Source of the DNA: Catajapyx aquilonaris
Taxonomy: Eukaryota
Length of the DNA: 64,000 nt
Direction of reading: 5' to 3'
Assembly (NCBI GenBank): GCA_000934665.2
Contig: KZ538089.1
Location: 62,001 to 126,000 of the forward strand
The position numbers and the translations under genes were made by a program. The notes beneath the pieces were generated by a model. That model made no database searches. It had not been told where the DNA came from and saw only the letters and a program-made list of their open reading frames with translations. Below, in pieces: positions 28,701 through 40,500 of the stretch; the first letter of the stretch is position 1, and each line of letters starts with the position of its first letter.

Positions 28701-31700
28701 GCCGTTAATTAGCGAGCTAAATGAGTGTGCCCATAAACCGCAGGCTTTAATCTGGGTTGACTCGAAATGATTTCTTGGAGATGGGGTATTGAGTAATGGA
28801 CATCACCTGGTTGTGTGAAGAGAAAATAAGGGCAACCGGGTGTGAAATATTAGAATTATGACATGCTCATTAGATGGCATATTGTTTGCAATATATAGGT
28901 TGTCAGAGAGAGAGAGAGAGAGAGAGAGAGAATAACTTTTTTTTGCAAAAAAAAAAGTCGAGAAAGTTATAGAGACCTTCAGCCAGTCGTACTTCATGTG
29001 AAACAACACGAGCCGAAAGACAATAGTCCACCTGCGAGTGGCGGTACAGAAAATGAAAAAAATTAACGTCGGACACCTCAGAGAGACAATGCCGATAATG
29101 ATAGGGCTTGTTCACCGAGTTTTTTTGGGGTAATAGATCCCCCCCGTATTGTTATTCAGGATTCAATACATATATCTGACGGCCCGATCAGTGTCCTCCG
29201 GATGTCTTTCCCAGTGAAGTGCCGGATATCACCTTGGATATAACTTGTTTTCATATAAATCTATATGCATATGTATTTTTAAAAAAGTTTTGAGAGGGGT
29301 GTTACTTGCCATGTGAATCGGACGGACCGTTGTAATTAGCGCAGATACTTTTTTTTAAAGTTTTCTCATGGCCTTTCGTATGATGTGTTATTGCCTCATT
29401 TGGGAGCAGGTGAGAATATCAATAGGCCAAACCGTTACGTGGCGAGTGAGATATCTCGGTCCGATCGTGAATATTAAATAGCGTGTGAGCAAAAGACCGA
29501 TAATGAAATGTAAGTGTCTTACAGGTGTAAGCTATCATTAGGCATAACTTGGCATGTAACCTGAGTGGGACTCGAGATGCTGTTTGCCGCTTTTATGTGC
29601 CTTTTTTCTCCTCCTCGCCGTTCTCTTCTTCTTCTTCTTCTTTCTTAAATGTTGAAAACCTGTTTGGGAATGCGGTCCCACTGATCAAGGGGGTGGCCTA
29701 TAAGGTGGGGGTGGTGTGGGAAAAAAAGTGACCAACACGTACGTATATACACACAGACTGTCGAGTGAGGATTGTGTCGCAGGCATGTTGTTTGAACCAG
29801 AGAGCCACCAGCTAGCACCAGGAAGGCCGATTAATCAGCTCGCGTGACACTCGCCAAGAAATCGCTCTACTCAGCAGTAGGTCGCAGGTGACCTTGACCT
29901 CGTCCAAGGCATCCTTGCCCACACGACATCTACACAATTCGAGAGGAAAAAAACAACTTTACAGTCTACCAAACAAAATGTCAACAAATCGGTTGCCCAT
30001 CCACCCAAATGAAATAAATCAAACGAGCTGCGTGCACAGATCGACAACTCCCTAATTGACAAGTCCAATTGCAAATTACTTGCTGATGAAGCTGACCTTA
30101 TTTTCGAGAGCCCCATTAGCTCGAATGACTGGCATGATTTATAACAAATCTATACCCGTTCGTTATTGCTCACTATACGATTCTCGCTAAATACAAGCGA
30201 CTTCCGGTATTTTATGATTCGATTCAGGAAGTCTGTGTTTAAAAAAATAGTCTGGCATCGACTTTTAAGTTTCTAATCGATATGCAAAAAAAAAATCTCA
30301 TCCATTTTCCTTCGGACAGGTGAACTGAATCCCCGTCCGAATCGCCCTTGTAATAATCGGGGCCGCTTGCAAAACTTTGGCGCAGGTTTTACACCAGGCC
30401 AAGCGCCAAAACAGCATCATCACTTGATTACTTTCAATTGAGAGAAGGAGGTATATATGGCGCCGAAAAAGTTGGCTCCAAAATTATTTTTATTTCTTGG
30501 TCCACTCTGTTGTTTTTTTTTTTTTTTTTTGGTTCAGAGAGCGGACTACTGGGTCACTCCTTTCGTGACCGGGCGTCGTAATATATATAAGGTGTTACCT
30601 GGGCCTGTTGATGAAGATTTTTAATGACGCAAAATTACACGTATTAGAGTGCGTGTAGTCAGGGAATAACACCTACAGGTAAGAGTGAGGTACCGCACGT
30701 GAAAATTGTCTCGAACGGTATACCGCGGGTGTGCGCGAATGTGGGCCATTGCCATTGCCCACGGGGTCTCATATTCCACCTCATCCTCTGGACGATCAAA
30801 ATGAAGCTAGAATTTCACGCGAAACAGTTGACTCGACGTTCAAGCTTGGATGATCAATAGATCTGGCTCTGATTCACGATTGGTTGTGAAGAAAATCGGG
30901 TGATGTCATGGCGGGGGTGGGCGTATATGAGTATTGTTATCCAGCTGGAGGTATGGCCGACTGTGCCGTGTGCTTCTTTTTTTATATTTGGTTTGATCCG
31001 ATGCATTGTCCTCCGATGAACGAAGACTCGGCGGCAGCACCCACCCCCGCTTATTCCCACAATGCCCTTACACTGCTGCCTGGTATTATTATTATACAGT
31101 GTAGCTGCCTTCCCATTTTATCGAATGAAAACGCGGCCGATAAAAAGCCCGCCACGACGGCCATTAAAAGGATTTATAGTCTCTCTCTCCCCCCGGTGGG
31201 CCAACCTCCAAAATCGATTCCTCCTCACCTGGATGACTGCCGCATGCCCTTCTCCAACTCCACCACAACCAACAGACTATGTATACGTACAGCAGGACAC
31301 ACCAACCAATTGGTGCAGCAGCATCTGCCTGATGATCAGTTTGCATCGAGTCAATTGAAATTGACGATAAAAACTTGCGGTGATAAAATAATGTTATGCA
31401 ATGATGGGTAAACAACCTGTGCTCATGATGTGCATGCTGTGGTGTATGCTGTCCCATGCACGCATCGACCCTCGAGTACTATTGTGTGTAGCGGGAATTT
31501 TATGAACGGGGTGACTGCGAAGACTGGCCAGACAGGTGTTTTCATTCCGACCAAGGAAGGAATTGCTTTTGGAATTAATTACCGCCACTAACCTTGAAAA
31601 ATGCTTGCGAAGGAAGAGAGAGAAAAAGTGACGGCCACTTTTTCCACCCGAGTTTGTAATACGTATAGGCACACAATCTATGCGTTATTTTTTTGTGTGT

Positions 31701-34700
31701 TTAATTTCCATCGGGTTAATGAACAGGGGCGTCTGTTACCCTGGAGCCCCTGTCCCTTCCATGCCCCGGATTTAAATATCAGCTGGAATCAGATCCGTTG
31801 GCATCTGATTGATTCTGATTTTTCTCCGCGGTCAGATTCACTATCGCTGCGTCTAAGAGAATAGTAATAGAAAGCGATGACTTAATCAAAAAGCCACACC
31901 GGTTTATCAAGGTTGATGGGTGGGAAACAAAACAAGGTAAAACAGCGCTGTGATTGACACTGTCGGATTTTTTCATGCACAATGTGTACAGTAGTTTCCT
32001 TCGCTAGTAGACGCCAATAAAAAAAATTAAATTGGCTACTGCGCAATTTGGTTCCTGGTCGATTGAGTGATACCAATCCTTTTAACCACTCCTGATGACT
32101 TTGCCTCGGATGAACGAACCCTGGGAACCCGGTCATTAGAGGACACCAAATGTGCAATATAAAGAAGGGGGGGACACCCTCCCTCAAAAAAAGAGTTTGA
32201 GACAGAAGCGTCCATATAGGATAGAGTATACAGTATATCTCCAGGGTGTGCATATATAGGGTGTAATAGGGCAGCAGCACCACCCAGGCAGTGCCTCACT
32301 TATCTTCTCCATCTGCACAGGTGAGTCACTGCCGCCGGTTTTTATGGGTTGGGAACACTGCTGCCCGAGTTATTACCGGACTCCGCGTATATGTGTGATG
32401 ATCTCATTCCAAAAACCTGCCCTCTCTCTCTCTCCCTCTCTCCCTCCGATCGATCCGGATTTGGGTCAAGCCTTGAGAATAACCTGAACCGCATTACCAA
32501 TGTCAAATGTGAAAACAGGCTGGGGAGTAATGCTCAAAACAGCTCCAGAGGAGTAATTACCTGTTTGAAAGCCGATCAAATAAGTACCAGGCAGAGGTGA
32601 TGAAGACATGGATGGCATACAGGGTGGTCCAATCAAAAGGGAAAGCTGCTCTTAGAAATTATATACGTGTTTATAGACGTTTTCCAATGAGATCACTGTA
32701 CTATAAGAACCACCCTGTATATTTGCCATGTATCCGCCAATTTCTTTTTATATTGACACAATGCGGTTGTTATATGTGTAACAAAAAAGTGCGTTTATGG
32801 CCTTGTGCAATGACTGCAGGCCTGCATGATTTATGATGTGTGCACACAATTATACCAAAAGAGGCGCGCACCCGTCTCATTCGCGCATAGAAGTTTCCGT
32901 GCGCTGCCCAGTCCAGAACCATCAATTGGGAGGCACTTGTCAACCTGGTGCGGACACCCAGACCTTCGTAATCATGTCACCTGACCCCCATCACGTGTGC
33001 GTGGACCCTCCAGAATAATAAAAAAAAGGAGAGAGGCCTTCTACATTATTCATCCATATCGGGCCAATATCAGCCTGCAAACCCCCTTCTCTTGTGCCAA
33101 CAGCAGTCTTCCACCTGGTTATGTGGTTTTGTCCCCCCTTGAGAGTGTCCCCCTCCCAGCAATGCACCATCACCCTCTGCTAGATAATAGTTTGATAGTG
33201 AGGCTGATTATGCGCCTGGCTTTTGTTTCGTAAATGGCCGTGCAATATGCCTTGCTCCACACCCCCTCCCTTCCACCCCCCTTTTTTTACCCCTGACCCT
33301 TTTACCTTCTACCCCCCACCATCACTTCCAACCCCTTTTCCTTCCTAACCAAACCCCCCCTACAGAGACGATTAGCGCGACGTAATTATAGTCGAATAGA
33401 TCGAGGCGCCACCTGGTCCAAGCATCGATCGCCTTTGCCCATCAGGGCATAATCACCGTTGCCGTATACCTGAGATTCACTTGCAAAAAAAACAAACCAG
33501 TAATGATCAGCATTAACAATTGCGTACATGCATTGGAAGGAGGGGGTAATCACAATTACGCACATAGAATTTTGTAATAATAATTGCTTCATTAGAAACT
33601 TCGGTTATAGGACAGTCGATCCAATGCACGTGCTGTGTGTGTGGCTCGATGCAATATAAATCAAACGCAATAAGACATTGAGCAGTCCTGTCACGTTTGC
33701 GATGCGAACCTTGGCTGCGTATAACTGGATTAATTAATTAATCTCATGCATATTCACCGAATAGGAATTTGGCCGTTTGTAACAAAATAAAGTGTCACAA
33801 CACGGTGAATACACGATGAGCCAGTCGGGAGAAATCGCTGTTGGAATTAGATCTGCCGAACGGATGTTTTCCAAACTGATTAACCGATATAGATTCAGTT
33901 TACAAGGTCCCCCAAAAAAAGTGGACCTGCTTCGCAACAACTGGGCCGAATTATGTAACGTGTTTCTTTTTTGTCCTCTCCCATTTGGATCCTGATCACC
34001 AGCCTTCTTGATAGGTCATCTAATTGGAAGAAAGCCAATATAAGGAAAGAGTGTTGATGGTTATATAGACAAATGTGTACAGCAGTGGCGACAAAGGAGA
34101 TGCCGATTTCTCCCTGCTGAGACATATACTGCTTGTGTATAAAAAGGGAATGTTTAGTGGCCTAGTAAATGGATCGCACCATCAAAATCCCCCATTAACA
34201 TGTTATTCATTAATTTCCAAAGGCGGTTATCCGATCCCCCTGCTATTTAACCATCAGTGCAAGTGCAGGTGAGAAGAGTTTGACTGGCCCATTCTCAAAA
34301 TGTGGGCTGAAGGGTGGAAAGGGGGGGGGGTTCCCTTCTATATTACAGAAAAAAAATGACAAGGTGATAAAGTCGTTGCACGCTTTGACGACTTTAAAGC
34401 AAGGCTGGGTGTTCGTTATCGTTGACTGGCTTTGGCGGAGCGGCGTGTGATTTGTCTTCTGCTGGGAAGGGAGAGAGACCCCCGCACCCAACCCCTACCC
34501 AACCACCACTTCTATCCATAAAAACCCACGCGACTTGCACCCTGGTGTAGTATAAAAAAAGCCCCCATATATTCTGCCTCCCTAATTATTATCAAAGCGT
34601 GCTGGCTAATTCCTGCTGCTTCATCCGATCGAGTGTGATGGTCGGTTGGGTCCAGCACAATAAGAGCTCTGTACTATAACATTGCTTTTTAAATGGGCCG

Positions 34701-37490
34701 AATTAGTGACGCTTGATGCCATCATGATCATGCAGAATTTGACGCTACTGATTTTATTGACGTGTGTTGTTTTCTTGTGTTTGCAGTGTCGATGCAGAAG
34801 GACCAGGAGGAGAGGCTGCACCACGACGCCCAGTTTCGAAACAGAGAGATCACTTCCTACGAGCACTCCCTCATGGACGGAGAGATGTTTCTTCAGGTTA
34901 GTTGACATCTGACACGGTTAGCACCTTATTCTGATGCCACCTGCGATTAAGATTGTATTTAAGTGACACGATACGATTTCAAACGGCACGCTTAACTTAG
35001 ACATCAGCATTGCTCCCAGGTGTTGTGGATGTTTTTTTTACATGAGCGTTGTCCAGTAGCTTGTAACAACCTTTTAATTATCGCACGAGTAGCCAGGTGA
35101 CGACGGACAAGCCAAACGAGGAAGTTCACGCAGGTGGTGGCGATATAGGTACGCACGTGCGGTGGGTTGCATGCCCATCAGGATAACCGCGAAAGAGAAG
35201 GAAATATGTTGCTCTTCTCTTCTCCAGAAACGGCTGCCATTTATATCCTGCAGTTTGTAGCTTCCGAAAGAAAGAAAAAGAAAGGGGGGGGGGGGGTTTA
35301 AAAAATGGTCTGAAATATACTGTTCGGTTGCGAGGCACAGTTTCGTTTCTGTTTGGGTTGGCGGACCATTAGGCCGGTTCCCATTCCATTCCCATGGCTT
35401 ATTGAGTTATCAAGAAGCTCGGTTTCTTGAGGCCTTCATTTATCTCTGGCCTGGCTGTTGCTCGCTCTGAGGGTTTGGTTGGTTGGCTGGGCTGGCTGGT
35501 GAGGTTGGGTTGGCCAGAACCTTATAGAGAGAGAAAAGAGAAGGCTTGCATGTCACGGGGCCATCAGTCCTTGAAGGCTCTGGAAATAATTTTACACTCC
35601 TCGGCGGATTGATACAAGAGCTCGGGAGGAGTCATGTGGGCCCCACAGTGCCACTCTGCAGGTGGCAAAGAGCTCCATTCCACTGACTAATATGCCGTCT
35701 CATTAGCGCCCAGCCGACCAACCTCATTTACAGGGACGTCGATACTTTTCTGCCCGATTCCTTCTATTGACCACTCTGCATGCCGCGGCAACCATTTTAA
35801 AGTGGCGAACTAGAACATTTGCGAAATTTATTTTCTCCCTCTCCCAAAGTGGCGTCAGAAGCCTTGTTGATATTTTACTAGCACGTATTGAGTAATTAAT
35901 GAGCACTCTCTGTTGTCGCTTTGTGCCAAGCCTGTATATATACACACATTGTCGAAATGGACGCGTGTCAGATTCCACGAAAGGCGATTCTGGTTGCCAC
36001 GCACACACTATGCGTCTTTATGGCACTTTGATCTCCTTGTCATCGCGTATAGATTCACACGAGTTTCTTTTCGGGCACGCCAGGCGTGTATATGGGGGCC
36101 AAACAGAACGATAAACAAGTCCGAATGAATAAGTGAGGAAAGGCTCGGGGATCAAGGCTGCCTAAAAAATCCATAAGAGCTGTCAAGGTGGGAACCACAA
36201 CAAGAACAAGAAGAAAATAATCTCGAGGGCGGGGCCAGTCTCAGCTGAAAACATTAGTATACATGTGTATGTGTGTTCCGCATAGAGCTTCCCTTTGCTA
36301 TATGGTCGTCATTAGTACCGCAGGACCCTTTGCGTGTCTCTGGGAGATTATCTGCGCTGCTCACTTGTCAATATGTGCAGGGGAAGGGCCCGATGTGTGT
36401 ATCAGTTCGTGCTGTCCGGCAGGGCAGACCCAACAAATAAAATGAATACATCGCAGGGGCCCAGCTACAGCCTCGTCCATATTTCATGAGCACTCTCTGT
36501 TGCCACTGTTCATACCCGCATTTTTTGGAGGGGGGGACGATTGCTATCGGCTGTGTGTATGTGTGGAAAGGCGGCCGAGGGAAACGCATGATTTCGGACA
36601 CTTAATCACTTATTTTCCATCCCCCTCGTTACACATTCGGTCAGGCAATGCTCGATTCGTGTCAACTCCATACCAGCACGTGGACGCAAATTCGCTGAAT
36701 TACATGCCCCGTGTTATGACCACAAATTAGGGAAAAATCTCTGGCGTTTCATCGGAGAAATTGTAATCAATTTTTGGTGATTTTGGTGATACCCTTTGAG
36801 AGTGCGTTTCCGGGTTTGATCAGATGCGATGTAGATATGGTGGATGGCGTGAGATGCGCCGGCGCCGACAGTGTTGCTCGTACATGTGTTCTTGCTTGGA
36901 GGGGGAAGGTTAAAATGGAGGAATGGCATTGATCTATCTGGGGCCTGCCACGCCCCTGCTCTACCTTCCATGCGCCATTGCAGCCATCCAGCCAGCCATC
37001 AAAAAAGGAGATGTGGGAGGGAGGGAGGGAGGGAAGGGGGGGACTGAGACTCATCCTTCAACAACAATATAATAATCTGCAGGATGCGAATTCGCGCTCT
37101 CTGATGATAGCACGATCGTGGTGTTCGGCCCCTTTCAAAATATTACATGCCGTGTGCAGTACGTCTGTCGTGAAATCCGGGGCGATATCACGCTTCTTCC
37201 AGGACAATAGCGAAACCACGAGAGAGGTTTTTATTTTTATTTTTTAAAAAGTGAGAAATATCCGTGTTCCATGCTACTGCATGTGGACAGAACGCGATGG
37301 CCGCTGCTCACGTGAAATTGATTCTGATTACGACAACACCCCGCCAGCACAAATTATGCCTTCATTTGGCAGCACAAATTGAACAAGAATCACTTTGGCC
37401 CCTTCTATAACAAAGCTGGCCGCGAATCGTTTGAAGCCATCGAAACAAGTGGTGGTCGTGGCGCACCCTCTCCCCCCATCAGCACACGAA

Positions 37491-37537
<47 letters not shown>

Positions 37538-40500
37538 AATGTTTAATAAAGTTCTGGTTATTTATAAGACCTTTTCTGTCGTATGAATAACGGCGGGGCT
37601 GGCAGGTACAAATACGGGCCATAAATCAGGTGTCAAATAATCCGGTGCCAGAAAGCTCCAACTAAATCAAGGTAAACAAAAGCCCCAGAAATTTATGAAT
37701 GGCTATTAGAGCGAGGAACTGGTCCTCTTTGTGTTGTATCGGGAGCAGGGATATATAGTTTAAACTTTTAAAGTGTATATAGTCGCACCCTGTTAAAAAG
37801 TGAATATAGTGGAAGGTGTTTGGTTGTTGCTTATCATCAATCGCATCCTCTCTTCTTCTTCGTCTTCCACCATTCGGTATATATGTATACAGCAGCGGCC
37901 CTTTTCCTTCTTGGTTGTTCCTGGGGGCCCCGAAGTCCATAAATCGGCGGCCTAGACAAAGCAAATTGAATTAGTGTCAGGGATGCATTTAGAGGGCCAG
38001 GAGGTGTTTGAGCGGGCACCTCGTTTATATTGCGCATACCGGTGCATGCATAACTGATGCTGCTCCGAGATATGCTGAGATGAGGTGAGGTTGCTGGGAT
38101 TGGGCCTGTCCAGGGTATGGCCTCCTTTCTGCCATCTGACAGGCCCATACCTGCGAGGGATTGTCTGCTGCTGATGTATACAGAATATTATATACCGCGA
38201 GGCCCTCTCCTCGCGCACGTCCCCTGTCGTTAGGCCCTGGTTGAAGGGACGGACTCTTGACACCCACGTCTCTCATCACGCTTCACATGAAATTAAACCT
38301 AGGAGGAAGCCCTGTGCCCACACATATGAAAAAAGAAGAAGAATTTAAACCCGCGCATGAATAATAACGCTTTCAGAGAGCGGAGAATTGGCTATAGGGA
38401 AGGCCATACACTTATAATATAATCTGCGTTAAACATTTAAAATGCAGGCCTCCAGCTGGATATACGAGGCCAATGTTTTATTCGTGCGCATATAGATAGT
38501 GGCATGCACAGGGCTGCGCAAAAGAGATTTGGGACAGGATTACTTATTTCCGATACCTCCCGGACGTCTTTCACAATGATGCCTTGACATATCTGCCAAA
38601 TAAAAGTTGCAGACCCATCCTGCCCGTCTGTGGAAAAACTGTTAGCGTTCAGCGTGATATGAACATTTTATTGCGGTCCTATATATATTATTCCTGCAGG
38701 TCGGGAAGGGCGCTTCTTTCGCAGCACAAAATTCTGACATTGCTCCAATTTCTACTCACCTTCTTTTCTTGGGAACGGTGACGGGTATAATGCAGGCAAG
38801 GGAGGGGGATATGACGCAAGAGTGGTTGGTTTCAACGCTGTTTCCCCGTGACAGCACCCTGTAGGTGGCCATTGAGTCAGGCACCAATGAAACCTTGCAC
38901 ATATGACTAGTCGATAATGTTTAGTTAGGATTTCCCCTGAGCTTTTGTGGCCGGGGAAGAAGGCAGGGGGTTTCTGCTGGAAGGTTTTTGGGGGAAATTG
39001 ATTGGCAGCAGGCTGCTTGCTTGCTACAGGTAATTTTCCTGGCCTTCCTGTCTGTCCATTGGAGGAAAAGGGATGTGAATCACAGCAGCAGCCTTTACTT
39101 GTCCACGAGACAAATTGTACAAATTAGCCCAGCGTCACGGCATCAACAACACTGCTGTGTACGCAGATTGTGTCGGATCTTATATACCACTTATTTCACT
39201 CGATGTATCGATTGCCCCGAACATATACGAACTGTTCCAATCAAATTAATGCCTCGAAATTTATGTCTCCGATAGCGTACATTTTTCCCGTTGCCGGTCG
39301 CGATGTCCGTTCACTAATTTATGCGATTGTCCCCCCCAGCAGCAGCAGCAGCAGTGTGTTTACCGTGTCAGAAGGTGGGCCTATTCTGATCGGTATCAAA
39401 CCCTGCGGCATATTTATAATATTTCGGCCTCCCTTGCTGGGAGAGCAGCACGACGCAAATCGGTCGTATCTCGCGAAATAACGTCAGTTTGTACCCGCGG
39501 ACAATGTACGGCCGCACCGGACAGGACAAATGGGACGAAACTGCCCGATTCCTAATCTCTTATACACCAACCAGCAAGGTCTCTCTCCCCCCAGCAAGCA
39601 GCGTGGTATTTTCCCAAGGCATCACCTGGAACCCCCGCCAGGTATAGCCAGACTTGTCCCGCCGGATTTATTCCCCAGGCCGTAAATCCCATCCCTGTAA
39701 ACCTGTGTGTGTGTGTGTTTATACCTCTACGTGTAATTGGAAGCAGTGATAATACATGAATAAATCGGTAAAAATTTTTGATCTTTTTTTTCTAGGCGCT
39801 CAACGGATTCCTCCTCATGCTCACGTGTGAAGGTGAAGTGTTCTTCGCCACGCACAGCATCGAGAGCTACCTCGGCTTCCACCAGGTGAGATTATTACAC
39901 ATATTCGCAGCACTCCAACAGCATGGATTGCATAATATGAATCCGGGATGCACCTGCGGAGAAGAAGTGTGGGCAGCAATTAGGGTCGCCTCGTAATCTG
40001 TTCTGTCAACAGTTTGGGCGAAGCGCGTCGGGTTCTTTGCGTGACAGGTGGCTATTCAACCGGGTTGTTATAATGCCTTACACTTGCGGTCTTTTTGCCT
40101 TTGCTATGCTGCTATAGGGTTGGAAGGAATATAAGGACACGAGGAGAGAGAGAGAGAGAGAGGCTCGGAGGTGTGAATAAGGAGGTGTCGCGGCCAATCG
40201 GCTGTAAATCGGCCTGGCGCAACCCTTTTGTCGGGTTCTAACACGACGCTAAGTAACCCGATATTTTGGCCTCAAAAGAACTCCAAACACCTTACCGATC
40301 TTGGCCACGCATAAATTACAAAGGCCCAGTCAGGTAGGATCAGCACAGGAACGTCGGAAAATGGCGACTCAACCCAGTGTTATTGGATATAGGAATAATA
40401 CGGCAGAGAATATTATTATACTTTTCAGGAAAGCTAGTTTTTTCCCCCAGAGATGGTGGGGAGGCAGATCCCCATGGGGCCGACTTTGAGTCGGAAACAA

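Noticed and set aside
12262..31411. Medium intronic ORFs of 140-190 aa (for example 12262..12822, 23344..23916, 25367..25837, 30908..31411)
   Set aside because: No recognisable domain, codon bias or supporting splice structure; treated as chance ORFs in intronic DNA.
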